DNA of 64,000 bases from Bdellovibrionales bacterium (GTDB lineage Bacteria > Bdellovibrionota > UBA1018 > JADZFF01): NCBI GenBank assembly GCA_020850015.1, contig JADZFF010000042.1, positions 890-64,889 of the forward strand, in the 5' to 3' direction. The notes beneath the pieces are model-generated. The model saw nothing but the letters and a program-made list of their open reading frames with translations, searched no databases and was not told the DNA's origin. This document shows, piece by piece, positions 50,601-59,205 of this stretch. How positions within the stretch are numbered: the first letter of the stretch is position 1; the number at the start of each line of letters is the position of its first letter. The translations under genes were made by a program, and so were the position numbers.

Positions 50601-51938
50601 TCAATGAGACAAGTCCCCGCCGTCCCGGGACAGACTTTGCCGGATGTAGACCTTGCCCTCTTCCACGCCCGGCTGGTCGAAGGGGTTCACACCCATCAGG
50701 GCTCCGGTGAAAGCGGTCAGGGTGCAGAGCGCAAACATCAGGGCCCCCATTCCGCGCTCGTCCACCTGATCGACCTTAATCGTCAGGTTCGGCCTCTGGC
50801 GGTTAGTCATCACGCGGGCGATGGCTCGGTACTCCACCTCCAGGAGCTCAGCCAGGCTGTGGCCGGCCAGGAGGGCGAAGGTTCCATCCTGAAGAGCCCC
50901 GGCGATGGGCAGTTTGGGGATCTTCACGGGATCGCGCGGCGCGTCTACCGTCACGAAGACGGTCACCTTGTCGTCTGGTCCGTCGCGCAAAAGCTGTAGG
51001 ATGCTGTGCTGGTCCGTGGCCCCCACGGCAGCGATCGGCGTGAACCCGCGGCCGTCCTTTCCGAGGCTTTCGCCCCAGAGCTGAACCCACCACGAGCTCA
51101 GGCTCTTCAGGAGGGTGGAGTAGGGCATCAGCACATGCACGGGACGCGTGGCTTCCTGGGCCACGAGCGCGGAGGCGATCCAGAAGAGGGCATTTCTTTC
51201 CACGGGGGTCTTCTCGAAGTAATCGCGGACCTGTTTCGCGCCTGCAAGGAAGTCCGCCACGGAAAGCCCGGCGAGCGCGGCTGGGAAGATGCCCACAGGA
51301 GAGAACACGCTGAATCGCCCCCCGATGGAAGGCGCGATCGGGAGAGTACGCAGTCCCTGCTCCCGGCAGAACGCCGCGAGCTCGCCCTTCACAGGATCGG
51401 TGATCGCCACGAAGCGGGAGGCCCAGCGTTCCCGTCCCAGCCATTCGAGGGCGAGCAGGGTTTGAGCCAGGGTCTCGAAGGTGGTGCCCGATTTCGTTAC
51501 CGAGACTACGAGCGTCGCCGCTGGGTCGAGGCCCTTCAAGCTGTGCCGCCAGTCCTCGGCGTCGGGATTCTCCACGAAGTGGATCCGGGGCGACGAGGTT
51601 ACGCGGGTGCGAAGGGCGGAAAGCAGCGTGATCGGCCCCAGCGCGCTCCCGCCGATCCCGAGGATCAGCACCTCGCGCACCCCACCTCCGGCGAGGCATG
51701 CGTGGGCCAGTTCCTCGGAAGCCTTCGCGTGAGCGAGATTCTCGTCGGTAGGGGCGTCGTAGAAGCCGACCTCTCCCGAGACGAACCGCGACTTGAGGCG
51801 GCTCCACGCCTCCGCGGCAACGGCGGCGTCCATCTGCGGGCGGCGGGCCGTGGGGCCACGCCCCGCGGGCACCGAGGCAAGCGCGGACCAGTCGGCGGTG
51901 AGCGGGGAGCTTCCGATGCGGGCTGCGGTGGAGCTCAC
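50601..51938 (-). CDS. pgi: glucose-6-phosphate isomerase (short form)
   Basis: VLILGIGGSALGP...GGRFSVFS...GVNPFDQPGVE. GTG start in a GTGA overlap with the upstream stop. Confidence 0.88.
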   Translation of the reverse strand: MSSTAARIGSSPLTADWSALASVPAGRGPTARRPQMDAAVAAEAWSRLKSRFVSGEVGFYDAPTDENLAHAKASEELAHACLAGGGVREVLILGIGGSALGPITLLSALRTRVTSSPRIHFVENPDAEDWRHSLKGLDPAATLVVSVTKSGTTFETLAQTLLALEWLGRERWASRFVAITDPVKGELAAFCREQGLRTLPIAPSIGGRFSVFSPVGIFPAALAGLSVADFLAGAKQVRDYFEKTPVERNALFWIASALVAQEATRPVHVLMPYSTLLKSLSSWWVQLWGESLGKDGRGFTPIAAVGATDQHSILQLLRDGPDDKVTVFVTVDAPRDPVKIPKLPIAGALQDGTFALLAGHSLAELLEVEYRAIARVMTNRQRPNLTIKVDQVDERGMGALMFALCTLTAFTGALMGVNPFDQPGVEEGKVYIRQSLSRDGGDLSH

Positions 51939-53080
51939 GGGCGCGCCTCCGCGAGCAGGTTCCTGCCGATGATCATGCGTTGCACCTGGTTGGTTCCTTC
52001 CACGATTTGAAGCACCTTGGCTTCGCGCATGTAGCGCTCCGCCGGGAACTCGAGGGTGTAGCCTGAGCCGCCGAGCACCTGCACGGCGTCCGTCGTAACT
52101 CTCATGGCCATGTCAGTGGCGAAGAGTTTGGCCATGGCGGCCTCCTGACTGAAGGGTTTGTCCTGATCCTTGAGCCAGGCCGCGCGTTGCACGAGGAGGC
52201 GCGCGGCGTCGAGCTGGGTGGCCATGTCGGCGAGGAGGAACGACACGCCCTGGAACTCGCCGATGGGCTTGCCGAACTGCTCGCGCCCGCGGGCGTGCGC
52301 GGTGGCGATCCGCAGGGACTCGCGCGCGATTCCGAGCGCCCCGGCGCCGATGGTGATGCGGCCGCCGTCGAGCGCCTTCATGGCCACAGCGAAGCCGTCG
52401 CCCTCCTTGCCCACGAGGTTTTCCGCCGGGATACGGGCGTCCTCGAACACGAGCTCCATGGTGTGCGAGGTGTGGCAGCCCATCTTGTGCTCGCGTTTTC
52501 CCATGCGGAAGCCCGCGGTGCCCTTTTCCACGACGAAGGCCGAGACCCCCTTCGGCCCGGGGCCGCCCGTGCGCGCCATGATGATCAGGGTCTGGGCGAC
52601 GTCGCCCTGGGAGATCCAGAGCTTCGATCCGTTCAGGACGTAGTGCTTGCCGTCCTTGCGCGCGGTGGTGCGGAGCGAGCCGGCGTCGGAGCCGCTCGAA
52701 GCCTCGGACAGGCCGAATGCGCCGATGGCCTCGCCTGACGCGAGCGGAGGGATGTACCTGGCCTTTTGCTCGGCGGTGCCCATCCTCGAAAGGATGAGCT
52801 GCGGCAACCCCGTCACGGCGACGCTGACCGCGTATCCCATGTTCACCGCAGCGATTTCTTCGATGCAGGCGATGTACTCCTGGTAGCCCAGGCCCGCGCC
52901 CCCGTATTCCTCCGGGATCGGAAGGCCCGCCAGTCCCAGCGCGCCCAGCTTGCGGATCAGCTCCGGACGGAAAGTTTCGCTGGCCTCGTCGGCCTCTACG
53001 ACAGGGGCGAGCTCCTTCTGCGCGAACTTTCGCGCGAGCTCGCGGATCTCGCGTTGAATGGGGGTTTCTTCGAAGTGCAT
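51935..53080 (-). CDS. acyl-CoA dehydrogenase
   Basis: MHFEETPIQREIRELARKFAQKELAP...GAFGLSEASSGSDA...QVLGGSGYTLEFPAERYMREAKVLQIVEGTNQ. Start is M50 of ORF 51935..53227. Confidence 0.88.
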   Translation of the reverse strand: MHFEETPIQREIRELARKFAQKELAPVVEADEASETFRPELIRKLGALGLAGLPIPEEYGGAGLGYQEYIACIEEIAAVNMGYAVSVAVTGLPQLILSRMGTAEQKARYIPPLASGEAIGAFGLSEASSGSDAGSLRTTARKDGKHYVLNGSKLWISQGDVAQTLIIMARTGGPGPKGVSAFVVEKGTAGFRMGKREHKMGCHTSHTMELVFEDARIPAENLVGKEGDGFAVAMKALDGGRITIGAGALGIARESLRIATAHARGREQFGKPIGEFQGVSFLLADMATQLDAARLLVQRAAWLKDQDKPFSQEAAMAKLFATDMAMRVTTDAVQVLGGSGYTLEFPAERYMREAKVLQIVEGTNQVQRMIIGRNLLAEARP

Positions 53081-53174
53081 GGGCTTTGAGGTAACACCGC
53101 ACGTCGTGCAGGGACAATGTTTATACGCAGCGTTAAAAGGTGACTTGTATACTTCTGCATGAAATACTCGCGCT

Positions 53175-55103
53175 GTGGAATTGTGGCAGGAATTCGGTGG
53201 ACAGCCCCCGATTCGCATTTTGATCAATTACTGGGAGCTCGCCCCCGACGATCTGCGCGCGCGGCTCGATGCGCTTCAGCGCGAGGGCTTTTCGCACGTC
53301 TCGTCTTTCGTTCCCTGGCAGGCTTTCGAGTCCGACATCTCCCACAAGCTGATGAAGTTCCTCCAGGCGGTATCGGAGCGCCGGCTGAGCCTCTCGCTTA
53401 TCCTGAGCCCTGACGTCGGTGTTCACGCGCTTCACTCGGGCGTGCCGCGCGATCTGGCGGCCTCCGAGGAGATCCACGCCCGGCGGGCGGGCTCGGGCCC
53501 CTGCGTCGTGGCGCTCGCGCCGCGCTGGCACGCGCTGCCGTCTCTCCACTCGGCTGAGTTCATGAAGCGCTACTGGGCTTTTCTCTCCCGATTCCTGGGG
53601 TTTCTCTCGGATCTGGATCGAAGCCAGAGCGGCGTGCTCCGCCGACTCAGCGTGAGCGTGACCGGAAGTTTCTGGAAGTATTATCGGTCGCCGGGCGGCG
53701 GCTCCTTCGACTCCGCCACGAACGCCGCGGGCGACGAGGGGAAATCCGGATCGGCCTCCTTCCTCAAGTATCTGAGCGAACAGTACTCACAGCGCGAGTT
53801 CGCCGATCCGGACGCTGCGGCCGCGCAACGGTGGAAGACGCAGTCTTTCGAGGACGTGAACCGGAGGCATTTCGCGCAGAGCGCGGAGGATCAGTTCCGC
53901 CGGCAGAGTGAGCAGATCCTGCTGCGGAAGTACCTGCCCGTGCCGCTTGAGCATCTTGAGCTCTACACGCCCGAGGCCGATCCCGCGTATCTCCACACTG
54001 CGGTTCTCCAGGCCGCGGCGGACGGCCGCGCTGAATTTACCCGGCTCTCCAAACTCGTCGATGCCTGCGCAACCCGCGAAACCGCCGTGGATCGCCGGGT
54101 GTGCCGCCCATGCGTGCAGTGGACGGGTTTCGGGGGGTTCCAGACCCTTTCCGATTCCGAACGGCAGTTTCTCCTGCTGAAGTCGCTCCTGCTCGTTGCG
54201 TCGCGCGGGGGGGCGGTATTCCTGGAGGATCGCGAGTGGCGGCGGCTTTCCCGTTCGTTCAGGAAACGCGCTGACCTGCTCGCCAGGAGGCTCGCCGAGG
54301 GTCGGCTGCGTTTGGGAGCGTCCGTGATCCAGGTCGTGCCGCACCTGTGGTCGCCTGCGGGAGGGCCCTGGAAGGAATGGAGCCGACTGCTCGGGCCCGA
54401 GGCGCGCCTTTGTTCATCCTTGGACGTGCTTCGCGCGCATCCGGAGACCAAACTCGTGGTTGTCGACCCTGCCCTCATCCTTCGGGCGGAACCGGCGCGG
54501 GAGCTCCTGGACTGGGCCGAAGCGGGAGGCGCCTTGGTCCTTCCGCAGGGACCGCTGGTCACGGAATCGGCAAGGGCCCAGATCTCCACCCGGCTGGGGG
54601 TCAAACAGGGCCGTGGACGGGCGATCGCCGGGCGCGGAGGGGCCTCTCGGCAGACCTACGAGCTGGGCGCCGGAAAGGTGCATTTCTACGATCCCCAGGC
54701 GACGGATTGGCGCGACTTCGCCGTGTCCTTGATTGAGGAGGCGGGGATCCGGCGGCGATGCCAGCTGGGCGACGGCCGCCTGCAGACGATCTCTCTCGAG
54801 TCCGAGTCGGGGCAGGGCCTCTTCATCATGAACGGGACCTCCCGCGCTCTCTCCACTGACATCCATTTCGCCGAGTCCGTGCGGGTCACCGATCTGGCGC
54901 TTTCCCTGACGGATTCGCCGAACCCGGGGGTGGTCGAGCCTGAGCAGGTTCCCCCGGTCGAGCCGGCCAGAAGGTTTTCGCTCGAGGTGCCGTCCTGCGG
55001 CGTGCTTCCCCTGAGCGTATTGAATTCGGGAACGGCCACCGCGGTGGTCGCGGTCTCGTCGGAGCTTCCGTCCCCGGAGGGCGAACATGCAGCACCGGTT
55101 TGA
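53175..55103 (+). CDS. hypothetical cytoplasmic protein, 642 aa (loose GH42-like TIM-barrel + trimerisation-domain layout)
   Basis: No signal peptide. N-terminus INYWELAPDDLRARLDALQREGFSHVSSFVPWQAFE, and mid-protein KLVVVDPALILRAEPARELLDWAEAGGALVL, are only pattern-level resemblances to GH42. Confidence 0.5.
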   Translation: MELWQEFGGQPPIRILINYWELAPDDLRARLDALQREGFSHVSSFVPWQAFESDISHKLMKFLQAVSERRLSLSLILSPDVGVHALHSGVPRDLAASEEIHARRAGSGPCVVALAPRWHALPSLHSAEFMKRYWAFLSRFLGFLSDLDRSQSGVLRRLSVSVTGSFWKYYRSPGGGSFDSATNAAGDEGKSGSASFLKYLSEQYSQREFADPDAAAAQRWKTQSFEDVNRRHFAQSAEDQFRRQSEQILLRKYLPVPLEHLELYTPEADPAYLHTAVLQAAADGRAEFTRLSKLVDACATRETAVDRRVCRPCVQWTGFGGFQTLSDSERQFLLLKSLLLVASRGGAVFLEDREWRRLSRSFRKRADLLARRLAEGRLRLGASVIQVVPHLWSPAGGPWKEWSRLLGPEARLCSSLDVLRAHPETKLVVVDPALILRAEPARELLDWAEAGGALVLPQGPLVTESARAQISTRLGVKQGRGRAIAGRGGASRQTYELGAGKVHFYDPQATDWRDFAVSLIEEAGIRRRCQLGDGRLQTISLESESGQGLFIMNGTSRALSTDIHFAESVRVTDLALSLTDSPNPGVVEPEQVPPVEPARRFSLEVPSCGVLPLSVLNSGTATAVVAVSSELPSPEGEHAAPV

Positions 55104-55842
55104 CTGGCGGGTGTACCAGGAGTTCCTCACGGTGGGCGCGCGCGGCGTGCCCCTGGCGGAAAACGCGGGTCCGGCCCTGTTCGTGGCGCGTGAGGGGGCG
55201 GTGATTTCAGGTTACTCGTCGGGCGAGGACACGGATGAGTGGCTTGGCACCTCCACCGAAGAACTCAGACTCCGTTACGCCCACCGGGAGCATCGCGTGG
55301 TGGAGGAGGCCGACCTGCAGAAGTGGATCCGTGAGGCACTGGCCAAGGACCACGTGGTGGATCAGGCGGAGTGCCTGCGCCGCCGGCTGGGAGCGGACCC
55401 GGGGGGCACCCAGCTTTCCCGGCCCGTGGCCTATCACCATTTCCTGCTCGACGGCCTTCAGGGCTGGTGGTCGCGCGTGCTGCCTTCGAACTACGGAATC
55501 TATCTCAGGCTGGAGCGTCCCCGGGGCGTGGAGGGCGCGCCGCGTGAGCTTTGCCTGGTCGTGCGCGGTGGGCGCCTCGAGAGCTTTCATTCCCCGGATC
55601 TGAGCGGCATGGCCCGCACGGACACGCGAGGGGATGAGGATCTGGTGCGGTACCTTTCTGAGAAGTACCTGGTGCCTTTTCAGGGTGCCGTCATTCCCGA
55701 GCGCGACTGGGAGGACTGGTCGAAGCTCGCCGAGCCCTGGAGGCTCGTGCTGATGGCCCTGCGTGCGCGCAGGGCACGCCTGGTTCCGTTCCGCTGGGGT
55801 TTGGCGGGCCTACTGGGCGCCCGAGCCTATTTCGGGCTCTGA
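55087..55842 (+). CDS. hypothetical protein, 251 aa, C-terminal hydrophobic helix
   Basis: 17-nt overlap with the upstream ORF suggests translational coupling. Tail is LVPFRWGLAGLLGARAYFGL. No motif recognised. Confidence 0.5.
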   Translation: MQHRFDWRVYQEFLTVGARGVPLAENAGPALFVAREGAVISGYSSGEDTDEWLGTSTEELRLRYAHREHRVVEEADLQKWIREALAKDHVVDQAECLRRRLGADPGGTQLSRPVAYHHFLLDGLQGWWSRVLPSNYGIYLRLERPRGVEGAPRELCLVVRGGRLESFHSPDLSGMARTDTRGDEDLVRYLSEKYLVPFQGAVIPERDWEDWSKLAEPWRLVLMALRARRARLVPFRWGLAGLLGARAYFGL

Positions 55843-55861
55843 GCTTCGGCTTTCGGCGTGG

Positions 55862-55948
55862 TTACGCATGAGCGCGGCCCACGAGCATCAGCGACAAGAC
55901 GAGCAGGGACGAAAACATCAGCACCTGAAACACTCTCGACGTCAGCAT
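55862..55948 (-). CDS. candidate 28-aa hydrophobic micro-protein at the operon end
   Basis: Manual translation gives MLTSRVFQVLMFSSLLVLSLMLVGRAHA*. GGGGAG sits 11 nt upstream. Below the ORF-track cutoff; could be chance. Confidence 0.25.
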   Translation of the reverse strand: MLTSRVFQVLMFSSLLVLSLMLVGRAHA

Positions 55949-56032
55949 CGATCGCTCAGCTCCCCTAATACCCACTGATAAACGCGCCTTTCCATAGTGT
56001 AAGGGGGGCTTAACGCACCGCGCTAGTGTGTC

Positions 56033-57613
56033 TTATTGGACCTTCGTGCTCACGTCCTTGAACTTGTAGGGTGTGTGATAGCTGGAATAGATCTGTTTAT
56101 CCGCGAGGATGGGAAGTTCGGCCCCGAAGTAATGGTTGAAGACCACGCGGAGCTGATTCACCGGTGACCTCACCCGATCCATCAGGTGGGGGGGGGCATC
56201 CGGGGTGAAGTAGGCCTGGAAGTTGGGAAACCGAATCTTCTGTTGGTCCAGCAGGCTCATCCCCTCTTGCAGGTTCGGGCCGTGGTCGGAATGCAGGAGG
56301 ATCACCGGGGGCTCCGTCGATTCGGCGAGGATCCGGTCGATCGCCTCCGTGATCCGGTGGTTCATGAAGATGAGCTGGTCGAGGTATGCGTCCTTTTTCT
56401 CCCAAAGCTTCTTCTGGAACTCCATCTGGTTGGAGAGCGTCGCCTGCCTGAGAATCTTTCCTTCGCGGTTGAACAGGTAAGGGTGGTGAGGCTGCACGAA
56501 GTGCGCGACGACGAATTTCGGTCCCGGTTTCCCTCCCGAGTCCGCGAGGGTGTCGAGATGCGAGAGAACGCATCGCGCGAGATCCACGGAGGCCCGCGAT
56601 TGAAGCGCCTTCAGCCAGGTCATCTCCTGTAGGGTCCTCAGGAACTCGTCGTTGAGAAATCCCTGACGGCAGGACACCTGCTCGTCCGCGTAGACGTTGT
56701 GAAGCGTTGCGCCCCAGCTCGATTGAAAGTGGACGTATCGGTAGCCATGCGCCTTCAGGAACCGGGCCGCCGCATTGTTTCGCACGGCCTCGTAGATGGG
56801 GCGGTAGTCGCGCCCGTTGGCGGGAAGGGCGTTGCCCAGGGCCTCGGGGATGTAATCGTAGTTGAGGGAAGAAGCGAGCGAGAGCGCCGTCCAGTAGTAG
56901 TTGGAGACCGTGCGCTCGCCCACCGCAAACCCACGCCGCCTGAGCCCGTCCAGGAACGGGGAATTGTCGAACTTGTAAAGGCTCTTGAGCACGTCCGCGC
57001 GCGCATATCCGTCGAGTACGATGACGTAGATGTCCGGCCGGCGCGCGTTCCCCTCCGGGCTCTTTCCCGAGCGGGCGGCGGATTCGGGATTCGCCGGCTC
57101 GGTCGATGATCGTGCCCACGGGGAACCCACCACGAGCTGAATGCAGGTCACTCCCACGAGGAGCGCGGAAATCAGGTTGAGCGTGCGTCTGGCCCGGGCC
57201 GCCGAGCTCTCTTGGAGCAGGAAGCGAAGCGCGGCCGGAACGAGCACTGCGAGCGCAGCGAACACGAGCGTCGCATTCCGGTGGAGATTGAAGAAAGCGC
57301 GCTTGGCGTAACGGCCGTCTTCCCCGGTACGAGCGAGCCCCGAAATGGCTCGAAGCTCGAGCCAGGAGTGCACGGGGCCGTAGGCGTAAAACAGGAGCAC
57401 CAGAGCCAGCACCGCGATGCCGGCTCGATCCCAGTCTCCGAGAACGGCGCGAAGCAGGAGCACCAGGAAGATGGCTGCCGTGGCGGCGGAGGCCGCGGCG
57501 GCGAGGACCGAAGCGAGCGGCGCTTGTCCGGGATTCGTCGCTGCGAGGTAGAGGGCCGGATACAGCGCGAAAAGGCAGACGTAGTAAGGGATACGTCCGA
57601 GAGCCTGGTTCAT
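56033..57613 (-). CDS. polytopic LtaS/sulfatase (alkaline-phosphatase) superfamily transferase, paralog 2
   Basis: About 5 N-terminal TM helices, then PDIYVIVLDGYARADVL...SNYYWTALSL...VAHFVQPHHPY...LHSDHGP. ATGA overlap with paralog 1. Confidence 0.75.
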   Translation of the reverse strand: MNQALGRIPYYVCLFALYPALYLAATNPGQAPLASVLAAAASAATAAIFLVLLLRAVLGDWDRAGIAVLALVLLFYAYGPVHSWLELRAISGLARTGEDGRYAKRAFFNLHRNATLVFAALAVLVPAALRFLLQESSAARARRTLNLISALLVGVTCIQLVVGSPWARSSTEPANPESAARSGKSPEGNARRPDIYVIVLDGYARADVLKSLYKFDNSPFLDGLRRRGFAVGERTVSNYYWTALSLASSLNYDYIPEALGNALPANGRDYRPIYEAVRNNAAARFLKAHGYRYVHFQSSWGATLHNVYADEQVSCRQGFLNDEFLRTLQEMTWLKALQSRASVDLARCVLSHLDTLADSGGKPGPKFVVAHFVQPHHPYLFNREGKILRQATLSNQMEFQKKLWEKKDAYLDQLIFMNHRITEAIDRILAESTEPPVILLHSDHGPNLQEGMSLLDQQKIRFPNFQAYFTPDAPPHLMDRVRSPVNQLRVVFNHYFGAELPILADKQIYSSYHTPYKFKDVSTKVQ

Positions 57614-59205
57614 TTCCCTGCAACCCTCGGGACTGAGGCGCCACCGGGCACCTCAAACTCCTCAAACAGGAAGGGCGTAGAATAGGCCGAGCGGAAATAC
57701 CGATCGGGGAGAAGTGGAATGCCCGCATTGAAAAGGTGATTGAAGAGACGCCTGAACTGATTCACCGGTGAGGCGCCCTCGGGATAGAGGTCGGGAGCGC
57801 CTGGCACATGAGCCGCGAAAAGCGTGGAGTGCCGCACATGGTCTTTTTTCGCTCTACCCAGTCCTTTCTCGAGGGCTGGACCGTGGTCTGACTGCACGAA
57901 GATCACGGGCGGCCTTGGAGAGTTCGCGAGAATCGACCGTACAGCATCGAGTACTCGACGGTCGCCGTACTTTAGTTGCTCGAGGTAGGGGTTTCGTTCC
58001 TCCCAGAGGCGCGTCTGGAGGGCGAACTGGCTAGCTAGCGTCGTTACTTGCTGTACCTGCCCTTTCGCGTTGAAGAGGTAAGGTGGATGCGGCGGAACAA
58101 AATGGGCCACGACGAACTTCGGCCCGGGTCTCTCGCCTTGGGAAGCGAGAGAGTCGAAATTCTGGTTGTGGCAGTTCGCGATATCCAAGCCCATCCCGGG
58201 ACTCAGGAGCCGAAGCCAGGTCTCTTCGGAGACGGCCCGATAGAAATCGTCCTGGAAGGCGCCCTCATGGCAGCGTACCAGCTCGTCGGCATGGGGATTG
58301 ATGCGCGTGGCGCCCCAGGTCGTCGCGAAATGAACAAAGCGATAGCCCCTCTTCTTGAGGAAGCGTGAGGCCGCGTTGTTCCGCAGGAGTTGGTAGGCCG
58401 CCGAGCGGGATCGGCTCGCGGTGTTGGCGTACTCGGGGAGCAGAGCCTGCAGGTAATCGTAATTCAACGTGGAGGACAGGGAAAGATAGGTCCAGGAGTA
58501 GTTCGAGGTGCTTGCCGGGTTCACCCGAAAACCGATTTCACTCAATTCGCCGAGAAAGCTGGTGTCCTCGTATCCGTAGTACTCCCTGAGAACGTCGGCC
58601 CGCGCGTGGCCGTCGAGAACGATGAAGTAGATGTCGGGTTGGTAGCCCAAGGGGGTGCTCGAGGCATCGCCACCAGCGGCCGCTTCAGCAGCCGACGTCA
58701 TGGTTCCTTCCTCGGCTCCTGAGAAGGCCGCCTGGGCGCCGACCATCGCGAGCAGGAGGATCGCCATGCCGTTGAGGCTCAGCGTGGCCGCCACGACGCT
58801 GTCCTCCCGCGTCTTCCGGGCCTGCCGGAGCGCGAGGGCGATCCCGACGACACCCGCCCCAACGAGGATCGGGCTTCGGTAAGTGAGGAGGTTTCCAATA
58901 TGCACCCAGATCCCCATCTTTCCGGCGAAGTGGTCGAGCTTCAACGCGGTGAAAAAATCCAGGAGCGGGCCGTATGAAAAAAAGGCGACCACGACCGCGC
59001 CGACTCCAAACGCAGCGCGCCGCCAGCCCCCGGCGAGGGGCCGAAACGCGGCCAGGATCAACAAAGCCGAGAGCAAGGCGATGCCCGTGGCCACGGCGAC
59101 GCTGGGCGCGGGGGCCTGCCCCGGATTTCCGGCCGCCATGTAGAGCACGGGGTAGGCCGCAAGCAGCCCGGCGTGGAAGGGGTAACGCGAGAGAAAGGCT
59201 TTCAT
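57610..59205 (-). CDS. polytopic LtaS/sulfatase (alkaline-phosphatase) superfamily transferase, paralog 1
   Basis: PDIYFIVLDGHARADVL...SNYSWTYLSL...VAHFVPPHPPY...VQSDHGP. Start is M41 of ORF 57610..59325. ATGA overlap with the TagF-like stop. Confidence 0.75.
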   Translation of the reverse strand: MKAFLSRYPFHAGLLAAYPVLYMAAGNPGQAPAPSVAVATGIALLSALLILAAFRPLAGGWRRAAFGVGAVVVAFFSYGPLLDFFTALKLDHFAGKMGIWVHIGNLLTYRSPILVGAGVVGIALALRQARKTREDSVVAATLSLNGMAILLLAMVGAQAAFSGAEEGTMTSAAEAAAGGDASSTPLGYQPDIYFIVLDGHARADVLREYYGYEDTSFLGELSEIGFRVNPASTSNYSWTYLSLSSTLNYDYLQALLPEYANTASRSRSAAYQLLRNNAASRFLKKRGYRFVHFATTWGATRINPHADELVRCHEGAFQDDFYRAVSEETWLRLLSPGMGLDIANCHNQNFDSLASQGERPGPKFVVAHFVPPHPPYLFNAKGQVQQVTTLASQFALQTRLWEERNPYLEQLKYGDRRVLDAVRSILANSPRPPVIFVQSDHGPALEKGLGRAKKDHVRHSTLFAAHVPGAPDLYPEGASPVNQFRRLFNHLFNAGIPLLPDRYFRSAYSTPFLFEEFEVPGGASVPRVAGK

